Positions 51,569-64,000 of a stretch of 64,000 nt of DNA are shown here, piece by piece (positions within the stretch are counted from its first letter, which is position 1; each line of letters begins with the position of its first letter). The stretch comes from Octopus vulgaris. Taxonomy: Eukaryota. A model generated the notes under the pieces. That model searched no databases and was not told where the DNA came from. It saw nothing but the letters and a program-made list of their open reading frames with translations. Made by a program: the position numbers and the translations under genes. The stretch covers positions 64,542,001 to 64,606,000 of the forward strand of contig OX597816.1 in assembly GCA_951406725.2 (NCBI GenBank), read 5' to 3'.

Positions 51569-53509
51569 AAATTGTATATAACAATTTTAATCGTGAGCCA
51601 ACGAAGGAACTTCTCTGTGAATAATCAACATGCTAAAAAAACACACAAATCTCCATCAAATCTATACGGAAGGGCATTAAAAGGAGAAAGATGCTTTGCA
51701 TAATATAGTCTCGAATACATACATGGACGTGATGATCATGGCTGAGGCCTCTTTAGTCGTTTGTCGCTTCGATGAATTATGATTTGATGCCAGCTTCTGA
51801 ACAGCAAGTGTTTAAATCGAGAGCCCTTCTAATCCATAATACTAGCAATCAATTAACAGGCATATGCATCTCTTTTTGACAGAAACAACTGCGGAATTTC
51901 CTTTAGTTTAATTACATTCAGTAATCTGATACGAAAAACGAATAATTTATACTGCAACTCACTCCTCTCTCCTTATGTTTTATTTATATTCTTTTTTTTT
52001 TATACAAATAAACGCCAATTTCATGTCCTATCCGTATGCGCTTTTACCTCCCTATCTAACTACCACGATCCTTCTCTCGCGTGCGGTGAAGGTTAAAAGT
52101 TAGCTAATCATCTCATGGCAATAAATACTATGGTATTTCCCATGACATACCATTTCCAGTTGAATTTAATTATAAATACATTTCTCAGAAACGTATGCCA
52201 ACTGAACTGATCCAGTTATTGCCAATCGAGCAAATCTATAACCAAAAGATTTCAGCTGTGTCCACTATATTATACAATGAATCCAGGGATTTAGTTAACA
52301 TTTTTATCAGGGCTCTACGGCCACGTAGGAAGCTACTTTCATGGTGTGATTTGGCTGATATTTCTAGCTGGCCTTATGTCTGCATAGAAGGTCCAATTTC
52401 GCTCGAGTTCGTGAGTGTGTGATAACAAAATATAGTTTGATGGTTTTCAGAAATACCTATAACAATTTCATCATTAATCATACTCATACGTCGGAACTAT
52501 TTTACCAGAGAAACCATAGTGCGATTATAAGGTTTGTGATTAAAGAACTATGCAAGTGGATCTCAGTCGAGGATGAATTGCCAATTGCTCTATCTGTTGA
52601 AATTAAGTTCTAATTGTATTAACGGGTAAGTGGTGGAGAAATCAAAAACCCATTCATGACCTTGACGCAATCCACAAGCAGAGCCAACGTGAGCCTGTCA
52701 CAAATGCAAGTCATTGGATTATAGGTAACTTCCATCTGACTGTACAGCAATCCGTCTCCCTAGTTTCAAATACAGACTCTAAGCTCACATCGCTGTACTA
52801 AACTTAAATTACTAAATATTCAGCTCAGTGGGACGAACCAGGATACTCGTGATTGCAAAGCGAACTTATTAAGCCATTCAGTTTTGCTGCCTCTAGTTGC
52901 AATTTATAAGAGGTAACATTTTATCGAGAAACTATTATTTGATAAAGCAGATATCATGTCATGTCAGACGTGTCCAATAACATGTATTCACAGCCAGCAT
53001 GCTTAAGCAAAAGTTGTTACCATCGGAATATAGGAAGCCACTGGTGTTGCGAACACCCAGCCGAATAAGATTTCGTTATATGCAAACAGAATCAGTATTA
53101 GATTAAAATAGCTTAATATAGATCCGTCGTGACAAGCATTGATTGGTTGGACATTTGATTTCTCCAATTACGTTTTGCATCGTTTACAAATGGGATAGAG
53201 AGATACAGAGGGAATTAACATGAAAGGTTCAGGATAAAGTCACAGACGAGGTTTCATGATAGGCAATGAGTGAAGAACGCTACACACACACACAGTGAGT
53301 GAAAAAATCATAAAGACGGAAGAGGCAGAACAGGGGGAGTAAATGACAGTGTATTGAATATTTAGTAATAATTAGCGTACATTTAAACACCAAGATAATT
53401 GGTAAAAACTAAGCTATGATTATCGTGTGAATGAAATATTTCCCTATATTACCTATGGTGACAAAATGATAGTTCCAAAGTTACCTGCTATACGGTGGGT
53501 AGCACGCTA

Positions 53510-53511
53510 TC

Positions 53512-53546
<35 letters not shown>

Positions 53547-53592
53547 TGTATGTATGTATGTATGTATGTATGTATGTATGAATGAATGTGTG

Positions 53593-53651
<59 letters not shown>

Positions 53652-53830
53652 GACAGATAGACTGACAGACAGATATATATAGACAGATATGTAGATAGAA
53701 AGATAGATAGATATATTGATAGATAGATAAACATACAGATAGGTAGAGAGAGAGAGAGAGAGAGAAAGATTGAGACAGAGAGTAAACAATGAGAAAACAA
53801 AGAGAGACAGAGAGACAGGCAAGCAGAGAG
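53510..53830. repeat. (TATG)n-(TATC)n-(GATA/GA)n compound microsatellite
   Basis: Direct reading. Confidence 0.9.
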
Positions 53831-55839
53831 AGAGGCAAGCAGAGAGACAAGCATTGAATGACTAATTTACCATCCTTTTGTTTACCGGTCTTCATTGTGG
53901 AACTTAGATTAGAAGATATATTATCGTGCTAGCTCCATAGCAAAACTGATTGCATGTTTAATGCTGCAGATAAGTTCCTATATTTACTCAGATTAGTCAT
54001 GACACGAACACTCCTTTAATTTATACATGCATCGTGCATGATGTACCTGCCTTGATTTATATCTAAAAACGGAATTTTTGATCACAAAATAGTTATTTTG
54101 AATAAGAAAATAATGATTTCTGGCAAAGACACAAGCGTACGCTTTTGCAGAGGAAAGTCTAATATAGTTGAATATATCGTCCCCATTACTTGATTGGTAG
54201 TATGTTTCGTCAGATCCGGGGAGAATTGAAGTCAGAAACTAAGGGACCGTAACTAAATATCGTAATGCATTTTCGCCGTTGCTCTACACATCCATCGCCC
54301 TTAATTAAGTAAATAACATTTACCCATTTATGCCTCTTGTATATTTGTACCCTGAATAGCTCGACATTTATATCCACGACAGAATAATACACTTTCCAAT
54401 TATTGTAAGTATTACTATATAATTGATTTATCTCTGTATTTCTAAACTTAAAGCCATTGCTTCCATCTGAGACATAACCTTTCGTTTAAACATTGAATGC
54501 TACTTCGAAAAACATCGTGGCATAAATCAATTTATTATGCTTTTATTACTATTCTTTTACTCTTCAAAATAGCGATAGTGTTTTATTATGCTCGTTTCAT
54601 TTCTCAATACACGGTTCAATATTGCATACGAGTAATTCCATCGAATAACAAAGCTGCCAACGTGTTTAATACTTCCTGATGTAAGAAAGTTTGGATAGAG
54701 GAAAAGTTATATTTGGAAATATGTCGATAATAATATCATTCTGAACAATATCCATAAAAAAAAAACACTTGTATTCATTCATATATTTTTGTTGGTATTT
54801 TTGGTGTCAAACAATTTGAACAATTAACGAACCTTGCTATCCATCCTTGTGTGTCTAAAAACAACATATGCTGTTCTTAATGGCACAAACATGGCAATAG
54901 AATTTTAAGAAATAAAAACAAAATCGATAGGCAAATGCTTTTTATATCATGCAGATTAATGGCCAGTAGAAATTTGACGAATATTATTTCTATATTTAAT
55001 GTCGGCCTTATGGATAATGACGCTACTTTGTGAAATATAATAGACGGAGGAATATTATTTTTAAGCAAATCAGCAATTACTTAAAATATATGTAGATGTT
55101 GAAAGAGCCACAAATAGTAATTGATGAATATAATGGTTTTTCACAGAACTACATTGCTGTGTTTCGTATTAGTACGTATGTATATATGTATATACATTTA
55201 TGCAAATATATGCATATATGCTTCAACGTATACACGTTTACTTGTGTACACGTGTGGAGGCTGTTGTGTGTGCTGTGCGTATGAGCCAGTCTGCATGTAT
55301 AGCAAATAAGGTCATGTGAAATAATTAGTGAGTTCTTTCTTTGGTTGTGATGCAACTGATGAGATTTTATAAAAGGCTTAAAGCATTGTACCGACGGTAA
55401 ATCAGATAGCTAGAACCTAGTTCTGTGTCTGCTATATGAAATCCAGGTTGGTAGTTTATAGTCATAGAATATTTACTATTTCGGTTCAATGATGAGTTGC
55501 TCCCATCCACAATATCCTTTCCAGGTTTAGATCAATCATTCAACATATTCAGAGTTCTATGTCTTCTCTGTGAATACAGCTCATTATTGATGAGAGCATA
55601 ACCACCATATCGTGTCGGGACTGCCTCTTTTCCAAGTATGTTGATCTGTTCTCTGTAAACTGACATGACATTTATTCGATCAACAACAACATTCAATAAA
55701 ATAGTATTTCTTATATCGTCGACACGTTCTATCGTGTCAGTAATAAAATAGTACCACCGAGAGTATTTCTGTTATAGATTTCTATCACCACGTATCCTCA
55801 CAAACAAGGATCAGTAAAGTTATTTTACATATCTCTTTT

Positions 55840-56047
55840 AATTGTTTCACTCATTTGACTGCGGCCATACTGGAGCACCGCCTTTAGTCGAGCAAATCAA
55901 CCCCCAGAACTTATTCTTTGTAAGCCTAGTACTTATTCTATCGGTCTCTTTTGCCGCACCGCTAATTTACGGGGACGTAAACACACCAGCATCGGTTGTC
56001 AAGCGAAGCTGGGGGGACAAACACAGACACACAAACATTCACACACT

Positions 56048-56101
<54 letters not shown>

Positions 56102-56258
56102 TACGACGGGCTTCTTTCAGTTTCCATCTACCAAATCCACTCACAAGGCTTTGGTCGGCTCGAGGCTATAGTAGAAGATACTTGCCCAGTAGAAGACTGA
56201 ATTCGGAACCATGTGGTTGGTAAGCAAGCTACCTACTACGCAGCCAATCCTGCGCCTA
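55840..56258 (-). mobile_element. SINE family A
   Basis: Reverse complement of 60959-61415. Confidence 0.9.
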
Positions 56259-56926
56259 TATGGGAATATTTTCCTTCAACATATCAAAAATGTTCGCCCA
56301 ATTATATACTGCTTAATACATGATAATTATTTAGTAGTGCTTCAGTAAATTTCTTCTACACTCGTCTTGTAGTCATTATTCTTAGAGACATCACTAACGA
56401 CAATTCTGCCTGGCTCTCTAAATTTCCTACACAAACAGCACTAGCGATGTTGGGAACAAGTTAACGCGCTTACCTACGTATATCGCTGAAACAGACATCG
56501 TTTTTTGTTCACGTTTTGATTTCTTTCGCGCTCCCCAGAGCGATTCATTAACCTGTTCGTTGCTTGGGTCATCTATACAGCCATACTACCTGCCGAATGT
56601 CGCTTTACAAACATTGGTTAACAAACGCCATCGATGAATTTCCTATTTAAAAAAAGTGTACATGTAACAGCAATCATCAATATTTTCAGCAATTACTCTC
56701 TTCCTTAAAATATAGACTCCTAACGTAAGAACAGATCCTCAAGTTCTATGGGAAAGTGAAATTCAGTTATGTCGTCCACACGACCTGTGGTTCAAAAGAA
56801 TTTCTTCTATCCACTCGATAGAGATTAAGGGCAAATTTTTGTGTCAATTTGAGTGAGAACTCAAAAAAGTGTAATTAAATGCTACAAATTATTTTCCATC
56901 GCTCAATCCAAAGATTTTATAGTTTA

Positions 56927-57097
56927 TGCGTAGGAGTGATTGTGTGGTAAGTAGCTTGCTTACCAACCACATGGTTCCGGGTTCAGTCTCACTGCGTGAC
57001 ACTTTGCGCAAGTATCTTCTACTATAGCCTCGGGCCGACCAATGCCTTGTGAGTGGATTTGGTAGATGGAAACTGAAAGAAGCCCGTCGTATATATG

Positions 57098-57153
<56 letters not shown>

Positions 57154-57272
57154 ACAATTGAGGGTAAAATTAATTAGTTATTAATCAATTTCACCAAGTA
57201 TTCAGTATGTAAAAGGACCATTTAAGGCGAATTCAAAATATTACGTTATATAATTAGGGCTTAGTAAATTAA

Positions 57273-57326
<54 letters not shown>

Positions 57327-57715
57327 TGTTTGTTTGCAGGAGTTGGTGTGTGATAAGAAGCTTGCTTCCCGACCACAAGTTTCCGGGTCCAGCCCTACTT
57401 GCATGGCACCTTGGGCAAGTGTCTACTACTACAGCTTCGGGCAGACCAAAGCCTTGTGAGTGGATTTGTTGAATGGAAACTGTAAGAAGCCCGTCCTATA
57501 TATATATATATATATGTCTGTGTTTGTCCATCTACAATCGCTTGACAACCGATGTTGGTGTGTTTACGTCCCCGTAACTTAGCGGTTCGACAAATGTGAC
57601 CGATAGCACAAGTTTCTAGGGTTTCAAAACTAAGTTCTGGAGTTCATTTCTTTAACTAAAGGTGATGTTCTGGCATGGCTGCAGTCAAATGACTGAAACA
57701 AGCAAAAGAATAGCA
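56927..57715 (+). mobile_element. SINE family A, two heads (56927 and ~57336) with one 3' half
   Basis: Two GGAGT..GTGTG.TAAG heads separated by (TA)n that contains the 57151-57275 insert. Confidence 0.8.
57151..57275 (-). mobile_element. Solo terminal fragment of the 567-bp hammerhead repeat family
   Basis: TCAACAATTGAGGGTAAAATTAATT...GGGCTTAGTAAA is the reverse complement of ~11245-11364; flanked by (TA)n on both sides. Confidence 0.9.
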
Positions 57716-57747
57716 GAATACAAATACATATCAATATACACACACAC

Positions 57748-57784
<37 letters not shown>

Positions 57785-58029
57785 TATACATACATACACA
57801 CAAACACATATATATAATATATATATACAGACACACACACACATATGTGTGTGTGTGTGTGTGTCTATGTATTTATCGATCTACCATCCAAAATTCAAAA
57901 ATGGACTCTTCCAGTCTCACTTGTCTAGAAATGCCTACAAATGTCATGTGCCCTACAACTTACCTTATTTTTCGATGTTCTTCTTCTCCTTCTCTTCCTC
58001 CTCCTTCTTCTTCGTTTCTTCTTTTCCTC

Positions 58030-58120
58030 TTATTATTTTTCAGGTCACTGCCTGGAATCGAACTCGAAATCTTGGGGTTAGTAGCCTGCGCTTTTAACCA
58101 CTACGCCATATGACCGTGGG
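58030..58120 (-). mobile_element. Family E tRNA-like head
   Basis: Minus strand GGTCATATGGCGTAGTGGTTAAAAGCGCAGGCTACTAACCCCAAGATTTCGAGTTCGATTCCAGGCAGTGACC. Confidence 0.8.
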
Positions 58121-58129
58121 CCCAATCCG

Positions 58130-59799
58130 ACGCAAATGGATTATGGACTAATGGAAAATGTATGGCGAATTTGAGGACGGACCTGACAGCATACGGAAGA
58201 AGTTTAGGGACAGTAGAAATTAGGAGGGACATTTTCCAAGAGGACTTCCTGTCCCCACTGATCTTTGTACTATGCTTGATACCACTGACACTGATTCTGA
58301 GGAACGCAAAAGCTGGGTATGTTTTCAATAGCCGCCAACAAAAAGTCAACCATTTGTTATTCATGGATGACTTCAAACTGCATGGTAAAGATGAAGCCCG
58401 AGTCAGTTCGTTGATACGGTGTATACCTTCAGTGCTAATATCAGAATGAAGTTCGGACCGAGAAAGTGTGGTGTGCTAATCTTGAAGAGAGGCAAAATCA
58501 AATGTATGAACGGGCTATAAGTACTTGGGGATATTAGAAATGGATAAATTGATGGAGAAATAAATGACAGAAAAATTTAAGGTGGAGTACTTGCGCAGAC
58601 TGAGACTGCTCCTTAAGTCGAAATTAAACGGACGGAATAAGATCGAGGCTATCATCACCTGGGCGATTTCACTCCTGAGATATGGAGCAGGGGTAATCTC
58701 ATGGACAGTAGACGAACCAAACAGCTTGGACAGAAAGACAAGGAAGTTCCTAACTAGATATGGGTCACTCCACACCAAAAGTGACACAGACAGACTGTAT
58801 ATACACAGAAAAAGAGGGGAAGAGGACTGATTGGATGCGAACACAGCATTAAAGCAAAAGAAAACAATATAGCATGGTATGTAAATGATGTTAGAAGTAA
58901 GAAGGTCAGGCTTGTGTAGAATGAAAGATTGCAAAGATAAAGCACTATACAAGAAACTGAAAATAGGTGGGTAAAGGAAAGAATGCATGGTCAATTTCAT
59001 AGAGACGTTGAAGATAAGACATATAGAGAAAAAGATGGCTGTGGATGACTAAAAGTGATTTAAAATCGGAAGCGGAGGCTCTAATCTTTGCTGCCCAAGA
59101 GCAAGCACTGCATAAAATACAGAATAGACAACACAGCAGAAAGTTATAAGCGCAGATCCTTTGGACAAAACGGTGAAACCGTATGGCATATTACCAGCCA
59201 ATGTACGCTACTAGCCGAGAAGGAATTTAACAGACGCCACGACAATATAGCCAGCTTGTCCATTGGACACTTTGCCACACGTATGGACTTGACAGAGCAA
59301 AAAATTGGAATGACCACAAACCTGAAGGCATCGTCTAAAATAGAAATGCAAAGATCCTATGGGATTTTATGATTCAGTGCGACCATGAGGTAGAGAATAG
59401 GAAGCCAGACATGTCTTAATTGAGAAAGAAAACAAACTATGATGAATCACAGAAATAGCATACCCAGCTGACAACAAGTTATGCGATAAAGAAGAAAGCA
59501 AAGTTGAGAGATACGACAGGTTAGCTTGGGAAGTTAAGCAGTTGTGTTCGATGAAAAAGATGGCAGTATTATCAATAATTATTGGAGCCCTGGGAACAGT
59601 GAGCAAAAATCTCCAGAAGTACATGGAACAAATAGGGTCTGCGATAAGGGTGGAACACTTGCAGAGAACAGCACTGCTTGGAACCGCTTGAATACTCCGG
59701 AAGGTGCTCGAAAAATAAGAGGTGTTACCTTAGTTTACTGGTAGTGAACAGCTGACACTGTAGTACAGCTCCAGCGTTAGAAGCTGTGCAAAGGCAATG

Positions 59800-59852
<53 letters not shown>
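58130..59852 (+). mobile_element. 5'-truncated R4/Dong-clade non-LTR retrotransposon (RT + CCHC + restriction-like endonuclease), frameshifted, with (TAA)n tail
   Basis: RDIFQEDFLSPLIF, NHLLFMDD (RT catalytic motif), KSKLNGRNKIEAI, DRLYIHRK, ETVWHITSQC..RRHDN, KILWDF..ENRKPD; ends in (TAA)n at 59799-59852, consistent with Dong-type (TAA)n targeting. Confidence 0.92.
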
Positions 59853-59853
<1 letters not shown>

Positions 59854-59966
59854 TTTCTTTATTACCCACAAGGGGCTAAACACAGAGGGGACAAACAAGG
59901 ACAGACAAACGGATTAAGTCGATTCCATCGACCCCAGTGCGTAACTGGTACTTAATTTATCGACTT
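59853..59966 (-). mobile_element. SINE family B 3' fragment
   Basis: TTTCTTTATTACCCACAAGGGGCTAAACACAGAGGGGAC. Confidence 0.85.
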
Positions 59967-59969
59967 CGT

Positions 59970-60160
59970 AATAATAACATCGGAAAATACCTTAGGAATG
60001 AGAATCCAGGTTCGAAATTTCCCTAAGACACCTGATGAAGGCTGGATGGTATATTAGCCGAAACTTTGTGATAACAACAAACAAGATGAGGACAAATATC
60101 CGGCAAATGTAAATAATGTAAATAATGTACATAATTCATCATCTCCTAAATATAGAACTA
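59970..60160 (+). mobile_element. Family E tail with a mutated hammerhead (60027-60071)
   Basis: GACAC-CTGATGA-A-GGCTG..TAGCC-GAAAC-TTT (G to T at the triplet); collinear with 28030-28185. Confidence 0.75.
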
Positions 60161-60958
60161 CAACATGCCTGTTGTAATCTCAGATTAATTATTAAAATTG
60201 CGGCCCGTGTCATCTAAAAGCCTTTGTCCTGATGATAGGAGTATTGCCAAAGTCAAAACTTCAAATCGATCAGTCATCCTATATACAGTTACACGAAATA
60301 TATTAAGGTTTAACTTATTTAGTTTTGCCAAAGAAATATACGGCTCTGTCCAGTGAGTAAAACCTACTAACTATTGAAACTTTGGCTGAAAGTTCAACAC
60401 TCCAAAGTCGATACCATCTGTTTTTCTCTTGATCTTTTTTTTCACTATTTAGCAACAGTAAAAGCATGACCTTTGGAAGCTCTTCACATGAATATACATA
60501 GCGGATATACACATTTATTTAGCAATATTTTATCGAAAAAATGCAGTTGCAATGATATCTTAATAATTCATTGCTGTAGAATTTATCCTTCTTTAAATAG
60601 ATAGTAAATCAATCGATATATCCAACAGCTTCTAGCAAATATGCCAGAGCTATGTTTTTGGCGTCTATATACTTTTCCTCTTCCAAAGGATTTGAGATTA
60701 GCATATAAAGCTGATGAAATACTGTCAGTTGTACGGCTTTACAACTATGTGCTCTGTCTATTCTAAATCCTATCTATCCAACTGGATTTATTTCATTCTG
60801 CCTCGATATATTTCGGCTTTGATAACTCTAACATATTTCTTATAAACTATTACCAAATCCAACACTTCACATTTCTCTTTCTATCTCTCTGTTCCTCTTT
60901 CTCGCTTTATTTATGTTTCACTTGCCAGTCTCTATTAAGCAGCATTAATAAGAATATA

Positions 60959-61120
60959 GGCGCAGGAGTGGCTGTGTGGTAAGTAGCTTGCTTATCAACC
61001 ACATGGTTCCGGGTTCAGTCCCACTACGTGGCACGTTGGCCGAGTGTCTACTATAGCCTCGGGCCGACCAAAACCTTGTGAATGGATTTGGTAGACGGAA
61101 ACTGAAAAAAGCCCGTCGTA

Positions 61121-61163
<43 letters not shown>

Positions 61164-61415
61164 ATATATACATATACATATATATATATTTGTATATATA
61201 TATGTGTGTGTGTCAGTGTTTGTCCCCACAACATCGCTTGACAACCGATGCTGGTGTGTTTATGTCCTTGTAACTTAGCGGTTCGGCAAAAGAGACCGAT
61301 AGAATAAGTATTAGGCTTACAAAGAATAAGTCCTGGGGTCGATTTGCTCGACTAAAGGCGGTGCTCCACATGGCCGCAGTCAAATGACTGAAACAAGTAA
61401 AAGAGAAAAGAGAGT
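60959..61415 (+). mobile_element. SINE family A, near full-length reference copy
   Basis: GGCGCAGGAGTGGCTGTGTGGTAAG (A box) ... GGTTCAGTCCC (B box) ... internal (TA)n ... GACTGAAACAAGTAAAAGAG tail. Confidence 0.92.
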
Positions 61416-62704
61416 ATATATTATCTATCGTACCTCGAAGGGTTCTCTAAATTCTGGCTCAACCTGCTAAAAAATAACAGCCGAACTTCTAAAATTCCAC
61501 TGTACTCAACTAACGGAGGAATTGTATTGGGCAATGTCGTTCTAGATATCAACAATAGGGTGCTCAAGACAGGAAGGTTTTTGACCGCATATCTGCCGAA
61601 TCAGGTCTTGCAACATCCACATAGTATCTGATTTCACTATTTTTAAAACTACTACTATTATTTTCATATCTAAGTGAAAGGAAACAAAGCTGATATAACG
61701 TCTCAAAGATTAGCAATTAAGCTTGGATTTAGCACCTATACTTTGCTTAGATTATAGTGTGAAATTTGAGATACGGTTTAAATGAATGCGAATTATTAAA
61801 GCCGTTTCAAATACCGGCATTTAATGTCCATGGGCAAAGCTGAGGCGTTACATCATCCATTTTCTCCTCCCACTAATTGGTAGGGCTGTTATGCCTTGTC
61901 GCAAATATATTAGTTCAAGTATCTTTGATTTTATTTTTGTTTTGGGGTGGGTTTTTTTCATTTATAAATTGGAATGCAAACCATATCCACCCACCCAACA
62001 CAACCAGCTGTGGCTTTTAATTGGGAAAGTAATTAACTCAGATATATTTGCATTGGAATAGAAAGGGGATGATGAAATTCAAATGTTTCACAGGAAGTGT
62101 CAATATGCCTGAAACCATCAAGAAAAAGAAAAACAAAATTGGAAGAAAAGAAAAGAAAGAACAATGAAAATTATATTTCAGTTCATTCTCGAATGGAGAA
62201 TTATATTGAAAAGCTAATTAGTCCAAGCTCCTCTGTGAATTATAGCAAAATTTTCCACTAGAAAAGATGCCAGCCATTGGTTTTAAATTTCATAAACGTA
62301 TTGACATATTCTTTTATTTTTATTTCATTTATGTTGATTAATGGATATTGAATAAACTGCTACATCCCAATATGCACTTTAATCCTTGTAACGAGATTTT
62401 CAGTTTGCAAACTGTGCGTTGCTATTAACTCAGACTCAAAGCTCGGCATCTAATCACCCCACTTAATATGCTACATCTTTACATGGACGTGGTTAGCTTT
62501 CGCATAATGATTCATTCATTTCACTGTAAGAAGGCTGAATTTTGTCACGTAAACATAAAATCACTCGTAATTATCTAGCGATCTGATGTCTTTGTTTCAT
62601 TTCCTATGATATCTCAACCGCTAGAAATAGCAAACAAATCTCCCCTCGAATCTCACTTGAGTACATTAAAAATAGAGGGCATCTTGTATAATATATTATT
62701 ATTT

Positions 62705-63018
62705 TTTATTTATTTATACGCCCTTTTCAAGCATAGCCAGGTTCTTAGGCCTGGTTTCCCGGTATTTATGGCGTATGTGTTCCCTACAGCTGGACGGGAC
62801 GCCAGTCAAATGCAGCGTTACTCAAGAAACAGGAAGAAAGAGTGAGAGAAAGTTGGGGCGAAAGAGTACAACAGGGGTCGCCACCACCACCTGCCGGAAC
62901 CTCGTGGTTCTTTAGGTGTTTTCGCTCAGTAAACACACACAACGCCCGGTCTGGGAATCGAAACCGCCATCCTCCGACCGCGAGACCGCTGCCCTAACCA
63001 CTGGGCCATTGCGCCTTC
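62705..63018 (-). mobile_element. SINE family C, tail type 1
   Basis: Reverse complement of 20236-20535. Confidence 0.85.
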
Positions 63019-63439
63019 ACTGTATAATATATTACCAGGATAAATTGTATAAATATAACAAAGAATTGTCATTCTTGGAACACTATGTCATTGCTCAGTT
63101 AGATCAGTATCCACAGTTAAGCTGGACCTAAGCAAGAAAAAATTCTGGTTTTGCGGCGTTTTGTTAGTAACAAAACACACATTTACGATGTTTGAACAAC
63201 GTGGCATGCTATGTTTCTACGATGTGGCATGCATGCTATGCAGACGTTACTATATACGTTCGAAGTTAATGCATATATTTGCACCTGAGAAGATTAACAT
63301 AGCAAGACGATTTACATAATTTACTTACATGAACCGTGTTGAGAAACAATTACGGCATCTATTGGGTGAGCATTATAACACAGCGCGAGATTTACGCGTA
63401 CAATTAATCGTCACCAACTACTTCCATTCCAACACTCTG

Positions 63440-64000
63440 CTCAAAACAGACATCAAATAAACCTGATGATCGCCATGTTCCGTTACCTGATTGACTTTCG
63501 AATGACTTGATCATTTCAAAGAGCAGCCTGCGACATAGAGATATGCAACAAGATCAAGTCAGCCAGAGGAGATGCATTAAGTACAGCCTCTGGGAATGAC
63601 CCATTACTACCGGTCAAAATATTGACCAATCAAAGTGAAGAATTTTCCTCAATCCAGTATATGGTATCCTCTTTGAAACCCACCAGCAATATAAGCTTAA
63701 CTGAACTGAGTCTCTCACAGTGGATTGATTTCAAGCCAGTTCAAGAAAGTTCACCGCTTTTTTTTCAAAGTAACGCTACCTTGTTGCATAATTAGACACA
63801 AATACATCCCCAACTGATATAAAACTGCAGTAAGAAGCCAAGTCTAAAAAACAATGAGGTATCGTCCATTACCGCCTGTGAAGACATTCTACGAAGATTT
63901 GATGCCGGTCGCCTCTGATGACACGAGGAATCAAAATTCCACTAAGTCCACTCAGAGCAAGACAACACCAATGAAACCACAATGGGTAATCCATGAGGAT
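63440..64000 (+). mobile_element. Highly decayed RTE-like LINE RT C-terminal region
   Basis: FRYL...CDIEICNKIKSA (cf. FKYLGS..IDxEIxxRIxKA), HKYIPN (cf. DKIPN), KTFYEDL (cf. FYGEL). Confidence 0.5.

Overview
AT-rich, repeat-dense eukaryotic non-coding DNA, most likely from a coleoid cephalopod (Octopus-type SINE families; recognised from memory, not from a database search). I can support no intact protein-coding gene; almost all ORF-track entries are microsatellite or SINE translations. The window holds several tRNA-derived SINE families, decayed LINEs (R4/Dong twice, L1-Tx1, RTE), mariner/Tc1/Tigger remnants, a possible Helitron helicase relic and a partial tRNA-Asp. The main signal is a set of minimal type-I hammerhead ribozyme (HHR) motifs from several unrelated non-coding elements, most of them next to (TA)n or other simple repeats. 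(1) A ~99%-identical 567-bp tandem array at 10126-11365 has one HHR per unit, a retrozyme or Penelope pLTR-like layout that predicts a circular RNA monomer. (2) Next to it is a ~3.6-kb element with no credible protein ORF; its long-range inverted arms differ only by G.U wobbles on the + strand, and it ends in a near-canonical HHR at 14811-14853. (3) A tRNA-headed SINE-like element carries an HHR in its tail. (4) Further HHR motifs lie at 32774, 47120 and 6951. All RNA structures were paired by eye; none was computed or tested.
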